Shown here piece by piece: positions 10,154-19,623 of a stretch of DNA of 64,000 bases (position 1 is its first letter; every line of letters starts with the position of its first letter). Under the pieces are notes generated by a model, which had not been told where the DNA came from, made no database searches, and was given only the letters and a program-made list of their open reading frames with translations. The stretch is taken from NCBI GenBank assembly GCA_023428465.1, contig JAEYXM010000092.1, positions 1,911 to 65,910 on the forward strand, given 5' to 3'. Source of the DNA: Actinomycetes bacterium. GTDB lineage: Bacteria > Actinomycetota > Actinomycetes > Actinomycetales > Cellulomonadaceae. Position numbers and translations under genes: made by a program.

Positions 10154-10372
10154 CTACAGGGTGCGCTGCACCCGGATGATCTTGCGGCGGAGCCAGACCT
10201 TGCGCCGCCCGCCCGGGTAGAGCAGGCTCCGCGCGAGCTCCCACCGGCCGTACTCGGCCTCGTCGGTGAGCAGCCGCCTCGCCTCGGTCCGGCTGGTGCT
10301 CCGCTCCAGGGTCAGCACGCGGTACTCGTAGTGGGCACCGGGGATCTGCCGGCCGTCGCGCGGCGGCCGCAT
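10154..10372 (-). CDS. Small conserved actinobacterial protein (DUF5703-like)
   Basis: YEYRVLTL...RRLLTDEAEYGRWELAR..LYPGGRRKVWLRRKIIRV. Start uncertain. Confidence 0.8.
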   Translation of the reverse strand: MRPPRDGRQIPGAHYEYRVLTLERSTSRTEARRLLTDEAEYGRWELARSLLYPGGRRKVWLRRKIIRVQRTL

Positions 10373-10463
10373 GAGTTCATCGCCGTCCACCGTCACCACC
10401 TCCGTACCGACCGTGCGGATGGATCGAGTGCCATTCTGCACGCCCGGGCGCTACCGTCTCACC

Positions 10464-10832
10464 ATGACCGTGGACCCACGTGCCGCTCTCGATCGCCTGC
10501 TCGCCGCCCTCGAGGCGCACTTCCACGCGGTCGGCACCCGTCGCACGGACAGCGACCCAGCGGTCGACGACGCGTACGACGTGCTCGCCGACGCGTTCGA
10601 GGTCTATGAGGACGCCCTGGCGCGCCTGCACGGGGAGACCTTGCCGTTCGGCCTGCTCGACGACGACGGTGACGACGCCGACGACGACGACATCGACGAG
10701 GACGACCTGGACGAGGACGACCTCGACGACGACCTCGAGGACCTCATCGACGAGGACACCGACGACGTCGACGATGGCGAGGACGACGACGAGCACGACG
10801 AAGACGACGACGAGCACGACGAGGACGCCTGA
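10464..10832 (+). CDS. Conserved hypothetical protein with long Asp/Glu-rich tail
   Basis: MTVDPRAALDRLLAALEAHF...DPAVDDAYDVLADAFEVYEDAL followed by a D/E tract. TACCGT 6 nt before the ATG. Confidence 0.8.
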   Translation: MTVDPRAALDRLLAALEAHFHAVGTRRTDSDPAVDDAYDVLADAFEVYEDALARLHGETLPFGLLDDDGDDADDDDIDEDDLDEDDLDDDLEDLIDEDTDDVDDGEDDDEHDEDDDEHDEDA

Positions 10833-10888
10833 GCGGTACGTGCCGCCCGCAACGCCTGCGGCGCAGTCGACGTCGGCCCGCGTGGGCG

Positions 10889-11842
10889 TCAGAGGCGCTC
10901 GGGGTAGCCGAGCGCCGGTGCGCTGACCTCGTCGAGTGCGGCGACGATCGCCGGCGGGAGCACCAGGTCGACCTCGAGTGCGGCGGTGAGCTGGGCCGGG
11001 GTACGTGGCCCGATGACGGCGGAGGCGACCCCGCGGCCGAGCACCCAGGCGAGCGCCACCTCGAGCGGGGCGACGCCCAGGCCCTCCGCGGCGGTGCGCA
11101 CGGCGTCGACGATCGGCGCCGACGCCGTGCCGAGGTAGGGCTCGACGAAGCCCGCGAGGTGGGCCGACGCCGCGCGCGAGTCGGCTGGCACGGTGCGCCG
11201 GTACTTGCCGGTCAGGACGCCCCGGCCGACCGGGGACCAGGCCAGCACGCCCGCGCCGAGTGCGTCCGCGGCAGGCTGCACCTCACGCTCGATCCCGCGC
11301 TGCAGCAGTGAGTACTCGACCTCGACCGCGGCCAGCGGGTGCGGGTCGAGCAACGACGCGAGCCGTGCCGTCTGCCATCCGGAGTGGTTCGACACCCCGA
11401 CGTACCGCGCGCGGCCGGAGTCCACCGCGTGCGCCAGCGCGTCGGCGGTCTCCTCCGGCGGGGTCAGCGGGTCGGGCGTCTGGACGAGCCACAGGTCCAC
11501 GTGGTCCGTGCCGAGCCGGGCGAGCGAGGCGTCCAGGGAGTCCAGGAGGGAGCGGCGCGACGCGTCGACGACACCGCCGCCCGGCGTGCGCCGGATGCCG
11601 GCCTTGGTGCACAGGAGGACGTCGGTGCGCGACACCCGGTCGCGGAGCAGCGCACCGATGAGCTCTTCCGCGGCGCCGTCCGCGTAGCTCGCCGAGGTGT
11701 CGACGAGCGTGCCGCCGGCGTCGATGAAGTCCGCGAGGAGCGTCGCGGCGTCGTCGGGCTCGGTGTCCCGCCCCCAGGTGAGCGTGCCGAGGCCCAGCGA
11801 CGACACGCGGAGCCCGGTCCTGCCGAGCAGACGCTCCTCCAT
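10889..11842 (-). CDS. Aldo/keto reductase
   Basis: LGRTGLRVSSLGLGT, DTSASY, CTKAG, RLGTDHVDLW, YVGVSN, EYSLLQR, WSPVGRGVLTGKY. Confidence 0.92.
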   Translation of the reverse strand: MEERLLGRTGLRVSSLGLGTLTWGRDTEPDDAATLLADFIDAGGTLVDTSASYADGAAEELIGALLRDRVSRTDVLLCTKAGIRRTPGGGVVDASRRSLLDSLDASLARLGTDHVDLWLVQTPDPLTPPEETADALAHAVDSGRARYVGVSNHSGWQTARLASLLDPHPLAAVEVEYSLLQRGIEREVQPAADALGAGVLAWSPVGRGVLTGKYRRTVPADSRAASAHLAGFVEPYLGTASAPIVDAVRTAAEGLGVAPLEVALAWVLGRGVASAVIGPRTPAQLTAALEVDLVLPPAIVAALDEVSAPALGYPERL

Positions 11843-11930
11843 GTCCGCAGGCTACCGGCCGCGTCGCGCGGGTCGGAGCGCGTCACGCGGGTCGCGCGCA
11901 CCCGGGGTCCCGGGGGTAGGGTGACGGCTC

Positions 11931-12803
11931 GTGAACTGGTGGGAAGCGCTCGTCCTCGGACTCGTCCAGGGGCTCACCGAGTTCCTCCCCATCTCCTCGA
12001 GCGCTCACCTGCGCGTCGTCGGCGAGCTCCTGCCGAGCGGCACGGACCCGGGCGCGGCGTTCACCGCGATCACGCAGATCGGCACCGAGACCGCCGTCCT
12101 GCTGTACTTCCGGCGCGACATCGCGCGCATCGTCACGGCGTGGTGGCGGGCGCTGCGCGGCGAGCACGGCACGCACTGGCAGGCCCGCCTGGGCGAGTCG
12201 GACCCCGACGCCCGCATGGCCTGGTGGATCGCGCTCGGCTCGGTGCCGATCGTCGCGCTCGGCCTCACGCTCGAGGACTCCATCAAGGGTCCCTTCCGCA
12301 GCCTCTACGTGATCGCGGCGACCCTGGCGGTCTTCGCCGTCGTGCTCGGCTGGGCGGACCGGACCGGTCGCCGGGAGCGCACGCTGGACCAGCTGACGTG
12401 GCAGCACGCGCTCGGCTTCGGCCTGTGGCAGGCGCTGGCCCTCGTCCCGGGCGTGTCGCGGTCCGGCGGCACCATCAGCGGCGGTCTGCTCATGGGCTAC
12501 ACGCGGGAGGCGGCGGCGCGGTACTCGTTCCTCCTCGCGATCCCTGCGGTCCTCGGCTCCGGGGTGCAGCAGCTCGTGACGAGCCTGGACGAGTTCGGGA
12601 CCGCCGGGACGCCCGGCCTCGGGGCGACGCTGCTCGCGACGGCCGTCGCGTTCGTCGTCGGCTACGTGGTCATCATCGGGTTCCTCCGGCTCGTCACGAC
12701 GCGCAGCTTCATGCCGTTCGTCTGGTACCGGTTCGCGTTCGCCGCGGTCATCGTCGTGCTCGTCGCGAGCGGCGTGCTCGACGCGGTCGGCTCGTCCGCC
12801 TGA
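11931..12803 (+). CDS. uppP: Undecaprenyl-diphosphate phosphatase (BacA)
   Basis: LGLVQGLTEFLPISSSAHL, QALALVPGVSRSGGTI, AAARYSFLLAIP. Multiple TM segments. Confidence 0.96.
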   Translation: MNWWEALVLGLVQGLTEFLPISSSAHLRVVGELLPSGTDPGAAFTAITQIGTETAVLLYFRRDIARIVTAWWRALRGEHGTHWQARLGESDPDARMAWWIALGSVPIVALGLTLEDSIKGPFRSLYVIAATLAVFAVVLGWADRTGRRERTLDQLTWQHALGFGLWQALALVPGVSRSGGTISGGLLMGYTREAAARYSFLLAIPAVLGSGVQQLVTSLDEFGTAGTPGLGATLLATAVAFVVGYVVIIGFLRLVTTRSFMPFVWYRFAFAAVIVVLVASGVLDAVGSSA

Positions 12804-12824
12804 CGCCCCGACTAGGCTCCTGAC

Positions 12825-14084
12825 GTGCGCACCTGGCCCGCCCCGCAGATCCCGACCGTCCCCGGCCGTGCCGCGGTGGTCCGGCTCCTCGACCCCGTGC
12901 GGCACGCCCGCGAGGACTCCGCGACGTCGCAGACGGCGACGATGTACGTGTGCGGCATCACGCCGTACGACGCCACCCACCTGGGCCACGCGGCGACGTA
13001 CATCGCGTTCGACCTGCTGCACCGCGCGTGGCTCGATGCCGGCCTGACGGTGCGCTACGCGTCCAACGTCACCGACGTCGACGACCCGCTCCTGGAGCGG
13101 GCCGCCCGCACGGGCGTGGACTGGGCCGAGTTGGCCCGCGAGCAGACGGCGCTCTTCGCGGAGGACATGACGGCCCTCGCCGTCATCCCGCCGCACACCT
13201 ACCTCGGTGCGGTCGAGACCATCCCACTCGTCGCCGGCGCCGTCGCAGGCCTTCTCGAGCGCGGACTCGCCTACCGCGTGCCGCTCGAGGCGGAGGCCGG
13301 CGGGGACGACCCGTCGCTCGGTGACGTCTACGCCGACATCGCCGCGGACTCCCACTTCGGCGCCGTCCCGGGCCTCACGCACGACGAGACGATCGCGATC
13401 TTCGCGGAGCGCGGCGGCGACCCGGACCGGCCCGGAAAACGCGACCCGCTCGACCCTGCACTGTGGCGCCGCGAGCGCCCCGGGGAGCCGGCGTGGGACG
13501 GCGGCGTGCTCGGCCGCGGACGCCCGGGCTGGCACATCGAGTGCACCGTGATCGCCGGGCAGGCGCTCGGCCCGGTGTTCGACGTTCAGGGCGGCGGTCG
13601 CGACCTGTGCTTCCCGCACCACGAGATGAGCACGGCGCACGCCCGGGCCCTCGGAGGCTACGGCGGCCGCCTGCAGATGCACACGGGGATGGTCGCCTAC
13701 GAGGGCGAGAAGATGAGCAAGTCCCTCGGGAACCTCGTGCTCGTCTCCCAGCTCCGTGCGTCGGGTGTGGACCCGATGGCGATCCGCCTCGCGGTCCTCG
13801 CGCACCACTACCGCGAGGACTGGGAGTGGACCGACGCCGTCCTGGCTGACGCCCAGCGGCGCCTCGTGCGCTGGCGGGCGGCACTGTCGGGCACCGGTGC
13901 CCCGGACGCGACGAGCGTCGTCGAGGCGGTCCGCGCGGCGATGGCCGACGACCTGGACGCCCCCGCGGCGCTCCGGGCCGTGGACACCTGGGCCGACGCA
14001 GCCCTCACGCTCGGCGGGTCCGACATCGGTGCGGCGGGCGTGGTCGCCCGGACCGTGGACGCGCTGCTCGGCGTCCGGCTCTGA
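12825..14084 (+). CDS. mshC: Cysteine:GlcN-Ins ligase (mycothiol biosynthesis)
   Basis: MYVCGITPYDATHLGHAATY, ERGGDP, GRPGWHIEC, DL.FPHHE, KMSKSLGN. CysRS-like but with no anticodon domain. Confidence 0.95.
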   Translation: MRTWPAPQIPTVPGRAAVVRLLDPVRHAREDSATSQTATMYVCGITPYDATHLGHAATYIAFDLLHRAWLDAGLTVRYASNVTDVDDPLLERAARTGVDWAELAREQTALFAEDMTALAVIPPHTYLGAVETIPLVAGAVAGLLERGLAYRVPLEAEAGGDDPSLGDVYADIAADSHFGAVPGLTHDETIAIFAERGGDPDRPGKRDPLDPALWRRERPGEPAWDGGVLGRGRPGWHIECTVIAGQALGPVFDVQGGGRDLCFPHHEMSTAHARALGGYGGRLQMHTGMVAYEGEKMSKSLGNLVLVSQLRASGVDPMAIRLAVLAHHYREDWEWTDAVLADAQRRLVRWRAALSGTGAPDATSVVEAVRAAMADDLDAPAALRAVDTWADAALTLGGSDIGAAGVVARTVDALLGVRL

Positions 14085-14103
14085 ACCCGGTCGGCCGGGC
14101 CGG

Positions 14104-14964
14104 TCAGTGCTCCGGGCCGCCGCCCGAGCCGCGGTCGCGGCGGCGCAGGTAGCGCTCGAACTCGCGCGCGATCGCCTCGCCGGTCGCCTCGGGCAGCTCG
14201 GCGGTGTCCTTCACCTCCTCGAGCTGGGCGACGTACTCGCCGATCTCGGCGTCCTCCTCGGCGAGCTCGTCGACGCCCCGCTGCCAGGCCTCGGAGTCCT
14301 CGGGGAGGTCGCCGAGCGGGATGGGCTCACCCAGGAGCTCCTCGATCCGGACGAGGAGCGCAACGGTCGCCTTCGGCGACGGCGGGTGCGCGACGTAGTG
14401 CGGCACGGCCGCCCAGACCGACAGGCCGCGCAGGCCGCGGCGGATCGCCTCGTGCTGGAGGACGCCGACGATGCCCGTCGGGCCCTCGTAGGTGCTCGCG
14501 TCCAGCCCGAGCTTGTCCTGGAGTGCAGGGTCGTCCGAGGTCGCCGTGACGGGGATGGGCCGGGTGTGCGGTACGTCGGCCAGCAGCGCGCCGAGTGTCA
14601 CGACGGTGGTCACGCCGAGCCGCTCGGCGGCGTCCAGCACCTCGGCGCAGAACCGCCGCCAGCGCATGGACGGCTCGATGCCCTGGACGAGGACCACGGT
14701 GCCCCCCGAGCCCGGCAGGGTCGCGGCGGAGATCGACGTCGTCGGCCAGGTGATGACGCGGCGGCCGTTGTCGGCGGCGACCGTCGGCCGGTTCACCTGG
14801 AAGTCGTGGTACTCCTCGGGGTCTAGCTCGTCGATCCGCTCGGCCGCCCAGACCGCCCGTAGGTGGACGAGCGCCTGGCTCGCGGCGCTGCCGGCGTCGT
14901 TCCAGCCCTCGAAGGCGGCGAGCATGACCGGGCCACGCAGCGGGCGGGGGAGGTCGTCCGTCAT
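14104..14964 (-). CDS. PAC2 family protein (proteasome assembly chaperone-like)
   Basis: AAFEGWNDAG, YHDFQVNRP, GIEPSMRW, LADVPHTRP, YEGPTGIVG, WAAVPHY, IAREFERYLR. Confidence 0.92.
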   Translation of the reverse strand: MTDDLPRPLRGPVMLAAFEGWNDAGSAASQALVHLRAVWAAERIDELDPEEYHDFQVNRPTVAADNGRRVITWPTTSISAATLPGSGGTVVLVQGIEPSMRWRRFCAEVLDAAERLGVTTVVTLGALLADVPHTRPIPVTATSDDPALQDKLGLDASTYEGPTGIVGVLQHEAIRRGLRGLSVWAAVPHYVAHPPSPKATVALLVRIEELLGEPIPLGDLPEDSEAWQRGVDELAEEDAEIGEYVAQLEEVKDTAELPEATGEAIAREFERYLRRRDRGSGGGPEH

Positions 14965-15296
14965 GCCCTCAGCCTAGGCCCCGTATGCCGAGCTCCCGGG
15001 GGAGCGGTGCGCGCACGCGGTCCTTTCGGCGTGGTCCCTGGCGAGCGGTCTGCTCGTGGTCGCGTCGGATCCGCAGGTCGAGATGCGTGGCGCGGCGCAC
15101 CGCCGAAACGCAGCAAATCCGGCCATATCCGAGACGCAGCGGCGTGCGGTGTGGCAGGGTCGGCGCGGACCGCTCGACCTTTCTGGTCGCGGGGCTGACG
15201 TCCGGGCAGCGGGCTCGACGGACGCGCCGCCGTCCCGTCGAGCTGTGCGACCACGACCTCGCCACAGTCGGCCCAGCCATGAAGGAGACCAGTTCG

Positions 15297-17522
15297 ATGA
15301 CGAGCGCAGCGACGAGAACTGCCGGGCGCCCGGCCATGACGAGGCCGGCCCTTCCCGCGCGGCTCTCGGGTGCGGCGGCGGTAGCGGTGCTCTGCCTGGC
15401 CGTCGCCTCGACGCCGGTCGCGGCGAGCCCGTCAACGCCCGCGACGGCGAGCGTCACGGCGAGCGCGTCGACGACGTCGGGTTCGATGAGCTCGGGCGCG
15501 ACGACCCCGAACGCCACGATCTCCCCGGTGGACAGCGGTGGCAGCGTCGTCACGACGGCGGAGCCGGTGCGTCTTCTCGAGCACACGGTCGTCGGTCCCG
15601 GTGCGAGCGAGGAGCTCGTCGTCCCTGCTGTCCCGGACGGTGCCACGGCGGTGCTCGTGAACGTCACCGTCACCGAGGCGACGGCGAGATCGACGATCAC
15701 CTTCTGCGACCCGTCCTCGGCCTGCCCGCGCGAGGCGTCGATCGTCGCGGTGCCGGGCGTCCCGGTGTCCCGTCTGGTGACCGCGCCAGTGGCCGACGGA
15801 AGGGTTGTCCTGCGCAACTCCACCGGCGAGGTCGCGCTCCGGGCGGACCTTGCGGCCTACGTGCAGCCCGTCACGTCCGCCGGGGGGGAGCAGTTCGTCC
15901 CGGTCGAGCACCAGCGCGTCCTGTCGCGGCAGGTTCTCCGAACCCGGGGGGCCACCGTCGTCCAGCTGCCCGCGGCGCCGCCCGGAGCCCGTGCGGCGGT
16001 CATCGACGTCGGGTTCTCATCCGCGACCGTCGCCTCCCACATCTCCGCGTGCCACCCCGCACAGACGCCCGCGAGGTGCATGCGTACAGCAGTGGTCCAC
16101 ACCGCTCCGCGACTGACCCACTCCAACCTCGCCGTCGTGCCCGTCGATGCCTCGGGGCGCGTGAAGCTCTACAACCGCGCGGGGAGCGTGCGGCTGAACG
16201 CCGACCTGCAGGGCTGGTTCGTGCCGGTGGGTGCCGAGGGGGCGAGCACCGTGCTCGTACCCGCCAGTGGCTCGGTGAGCACGCGGCTGGCCGCCGCCGG
16301 CGCCACGCGCACCGTCACCCTGCCGAACGTCCCCGCCGACGCCACCGCGGTTGCGGTGATCGTCACGACGACCTCAGCAGCGGCCAGCACCGGCCTGTGG
16401 GCATGTCCGGCAGGTGCTGTCCTCGACCAGTGCCGGAGCGCCTCCGTCGCGGACCCGCTGCCCGGCAGGATCACCGAGAACACCGCCTTCGTGGCGCTCG
16501 GTGGGCCCAACGGCGACCAAGTGACCCTGGGCACCACTCTCGCCGCCGCGGATGTGACCCTGAGCCCCTTCGGGTACATCGTCCCCGCCGGCGACTCCGA
16601 CCCCGCCCCCGGCGACTCCGACCCTGTCCCTCCGGTCAAGCCGGGCCCGGACACCACCGGGGTGCCCGACGGCACTGCGCTACAGCGACACGACGGCGAC
16701 ATCGTCGTGACGGAGGCAGGCACGGTCATCGAGAACCGGGACATCCGCGGGTTCGTCGTCGTGCAGGCGGCCGACGTCGTGATCCGCAACTCGATCGTCC
16801 GCGGCTCGGGCCCGGGAACGGCGAACCGCGGCCTGGTCACCTGCAACCACAGCGCCTGCACGAACCTTCTCGTCGAGGACGTCACCCTCGTGCCCGACTA
16901 TCCCTCGGTGTGGCTCAACGGGGTGTTCGGCCATGACTACACGGCGCGCCGTGTCGACACCTTCAACGTGGTGGACGGCTTCCAGATCCACAACGTGCGC
17001 AACAACGGCGGCCCGGTCAACGTCGTGATCGAGGACAGCTGGTGCCACGACATGAGCTTCTTCGCCGTCGACCCGAACCACGGCAACACCGAGACGCACA
17101 ACGACTGCATCCAGATCCAGGGCGGCTCGAACATCACGATCACGGGCAACAACCTCGAGTCGTTCATGTCCACCGACGCCGGTGACCAGACCTACGATGC
17201 GCGCAACCGCGGTTCCGCCCTCATGGTCACTCCCAATGCGGCGCCGGTATCCGGCGCGGTGGTCACGGGCAACTGGCTCGACGGCGGGTACGCCTCGGCG
17301 TTCTTCACGACCTCGAAGTTCCCGACGATGCACTTCGGGACGTTCAGCGGCAACTGGTTCGGCCGTAACCAGTTCGACCACGGGCGCGGCTCGAGGTACC
17401 AGATCCGGGTGGCGCAGCCCGAGGCGATCACCTTCGACGTCCCGCTGACGACGAACATGTGGGAGGACGGATCAGGGCCGCTCGCCGAAGGGCGGGACCT
17501 GGGCATCCGGTTCGGCGGCTGA
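15297..17522 (+). CDS. Secreted protein: signal peptide, three ~115-aa beta-rich repeats, C-terminal right-handed parallel beta-helix
   Basis: AAGGAG RBS before ATG 15297, hydrophobic signal ending PVAA, and a Ser/Thr linker. Repeats of type LP..P.GATAV.VNVT...ADL.(A/G)(Y/W). KPGPDTTGVP is followed by Asn-rich beta-helix turns (VIRNSIV, VIEDSWCHD, HNDCIQ, NITITGN). Confidence 0.8.
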   Translation: MTSAATRTAGRPAMTRPALPARLSGAAAVAVLCLAVASTPVAASPSTPATASVTASASTTSGSMSSGATTPNATISPVDSGGSVVTTAEPVRLLEHTVVGPGASEELVVPAVPDGATAVLVNVTVTEATARSTITFCDPSSACPREASIVAVPGVPVSRLVTAPVADGRVVLRNSTGEVALRADLAAYVQPVTSAGGEQFVPVEHQRVLSRQVLRTRGATVVQLPAAPPGARAAVIDVGFSSATVASHISACHPAQTPARCMRTAVVHTAPRLTHSNLAVVPVDASGRVKLYNRAGSVRLNADLQGWFVPVGAEGASTVLVPASGSVSTRLAAAGATRTVTLPNVPADATAVAVIVTTTSAAASTGLWACPAGAVLDQCRSASVADPLPGRITENTAFVALGGPNGDQVTLGTTLAAADVTLSPFGYIVPAGDSDPAPGDSDPVPPVKPGPDTTGVPDGTALQRHDGDIVVTEAGTVIENRDIRGFVVVQAADVVIRNSIVRGSGPGTANRGLVTCNHSACTNLLVEDVTLVPDYPSVWLNGVFGHDYTARRVDTFNVVDGFQIHNVRNNGGPVNVVIEDSWCHDMSFFAVDPNHGNTETHNDCIQIQGGSNITITGNNLESFMSTDAGDQTYDARNRGSALMVTPNAAPVSGAVVTGNWLDGGYASAFFTTSKFPTMHFGTFSGNWFGRNQFDHGRGSRYQIRVAQPEAITFDVPLTTNMWEDGSGPLAEGRDLGIRFGG
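16588..16629 (+). repeat. 21-bp in-frame duplication in linker (GDSDPAP/GDSDPVP)
   Basis: ccggcgactccgaccc occurs at 16588 and 16609. Confidence 0.8.
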
Positions 17523-17619
17523 CCGGGGGCGGGTCGGATGCCCCTCCACCCGCACAGTTGTGCCGCGGACCACGCGGTGGGTTCACCCGGCCTCCCCACG
17601 CCGGTCGGGCGAGCCTGCG

Positions 17620-19494
17620 TCAGGCCGGGCTGGGCGCCCCGCGGTAGAGACGGTCGACGATCTCCCGGACGCGCTCGGCGATGGCAGCACGCTTGAGCTT
17701 CATCGTCGGGGTGACCACGCCGCCGGCCTCGCTCAGGTCGGCCAGGACGAGGGCGAACCTGCGAACCTGCTCGGGCGTGGACAGGCGGGCGTTGGCCGCG
17801 GCCACCACCGCCCCGATCGCGGCCACGAGGCGTGAGTCGCTCACCTCCACCGCCGCCCCGGAGGCGGGCAGCTGCAACGGGCCGAGGTCCGCGATGCCGT
17901 GGCGCTCCGCCCAGGCCGCGACCGACTCGGGGTCCAGCAGCACGACGCCGCCGAGGTACGGCTTGCCCTCGCCGACGACCATCGCGTGGGCGACCATCGG
18001 CTCGCGCTCGACGTACCGCTCCCAGTCCGCGGGCGAGACGGTCTTGCCCGCCGACGTCACGATGACGTCCTTGACGCGGCCGTGCAGGGTGAGCCGTCCG
18101 GCGTCGTCGAGCGAGCCGAGGTCCCCTGTGCGGAAGAAGCCGTCGACGAACGCCTCGGTGTCCGCCTCGGGGTTGCGGTAGCCGCGGAAGACGCCGATGC
18201 CCCGCGCGAGGACCTCGCCGTCGTCGGCGATGCGGACCGTGGTCCCCGGCATCGGCACGCCCACGGTGCCGGCGCGGATGTCGCCGGGCAGGTTGCCCGT
18301 GAGCGGCGCGGTGGTCTCCGTCAGGCCGTACCCCTCGATCACCGGGACCCCGATGCCGCGAAAGAACAGCGAGAGCTCGGCGTCCAGTGCTGCGGCCCCG
18401 GACAGCAGGTAGTCGACCCGCCCGCCCAGGCGGGCGCGCAGGCGGCGGTAGAAGAGCCGCTCGAACATTGCGTGGCGGAGCCGCAGGAGCACGCCCGGTC
18501 GCGCCGGGCCGTCCGGGGTGCCTGGGTCCGGGGCCTCCGCGAGGCGACCCCATGCCACGGCGGTCCGCTGCGCCGACGCCCACACGCGACCGAGGTGCTT
18601 GTCCGCGGCCGCGGCGGAGGCGGCGGAGTGCACCTTCTGCAGCACGCGTGGCACGACGACGAGGAACGTCGGCCGAAGGACCGCCAGGGCAGGCACGACC
18701 TCCTTCGGGTCCCCCAGGTGCGCGATCCGCATCCCGCCCGCGAGGCAGACGAGCTGCAGCCCGCGCGCCAGCACGTGGGCCAGCGGCAGGAAGATGACGG
18801 TGCTCCCGCCCTCCCGGACGACGTCGGTGTAGGCCGCCGCGACGCTGAGCACCTGCCCGACGAGGTTGCGGTGGGTGATGAGTGCCCCGCGCGGCGCAGA
18901 GGTGGTGCCGGACGTGTAGACGATCGTCGCGACGTCGTCGAGGTCCGCGTGGGCGCGCCGCTCGTCCACGACCTGGTCGGGAAGGTCGGCGCCGAGCGCC
19001 TCGAGGGCGGCGAGGTCCCGCCCGGGTGTCGGGTCCATCGACCACACCTCGCGAGGACGCCCGGCCTCGCCGAGGGCGTGCTCGAGCAGGTCGACGTGGT
19101 GCCCGCTGCCCCCGACGGCGAAGCGCACGTCCGCGTCCAGCACGACGGCCGTCACCTGGACCTGCGCGGAGGTCTCGTACACCGGGACGACGACGCCGCC
19201 CGCGTACCAGACGGCCATGTCGACCAGTGCCCACTCGTAGCGCGTCGGCGCCATGACGGCGACCGCGGCACCGGGCGCGAGGCCCGCCGCGACCAGGCCC
19301 TTGGCGATCGCACGCACCTGCGACTCGAACTCGGCAGTGGTCACCGGCCGCCACGGACCCGTCACCGGGGCCTGCGCCTCGCGCACGTCGAAGGCGACGG
19401 CGTCCGGGTGCCGCGCCACTCGCCCGGCCAGCAGGTCGGTGGTGTTGCGTACGCCCGTGAGGTCGGCCCGGGGCGGGCTGGAGATCTCTCGCAA
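17620..19494 (-). CDS. AMP-dependent long-chain fatty acid-CoA ligase
   Basis: IVYTSGTTSAPRG, FLPLAHV, IEGYGLTET, FRTGDLG, GRVKDVIVTSAGK, TPTMKLKR. AGGAGA RBS before TTG at 19494. Confidence 0.92.
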   Translation of the reverse strand: MREISSPPRADLTGVRNTTDLLAGRVARHPDAVAFDVREAQAPVTGPWRPVTTAEFESQVRAIAKGLVAAGLAPGAAVAVMAPTRYEWALVDMAVWYAGGVVVPVYETSAQVQVTAVVLDADVRFAVGGSGHHVDLLEHALGEAGRPREVWSMDPTPGRDLAALEALGADLPDQVVDERRAHADLDDVATIVYTSGTTSAPRGALITHRNLVGQVLSVAAAYTDVVREGGSTVIFLPLAHVLARGLQLVCLAGGMRIAHLGDPKEVVPALAVLRPTFLVVVPRVLQKVHSAASAAAADKHLGRVWASAQRTAVAWGRLAEAPDPGTPDGPARPGVLLRLRHAMFERLFYRRLRARLGGRVDYLLSGAAALDAELSLFFRGIGVPVIEGYGLTETTAPLTGNLPGDIRAGTVGVPMPGTTVRIADDGEVLARGIGVFRGYRNPEADTEAFVDGFFRTGDLGSLDDAGRLTLHGRVKDVIVTSAGKTVSPADWERYVEREPMVAHAMVVGEGKPYLGGVVLLDPESVAAWAERHGIADLGPLQLPASGAAVEVSDSRLVAAIGAVVAAANARLSTPEQVRRFALVLADLSEAGGVVTPTMKLKRAAIAERVREIVDRLYRGAPSPA

Positions 19495-19623
19495 CGTCGT
19501 CCGTTCTCCTGGTCGCGCGCCGGGGGCGCTCGGGCCGATGATCACCGAGGGAACACCGCCATGACCTCTGAGTGTTCCCGATCCGGGGCCCCGCGGCCCA
19601 CCGGACGACGAGGAGTTGTGGAC

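Noticed and set aside
14965..15296. Riboswitch upstream of the secreted protein
   Set aside because: The intergenic region is long, but I could not match cobalamin, SAM, c-di-AMP or c-di-GMP consensus by eye. An Infernal/Rfam scan would be decisive.
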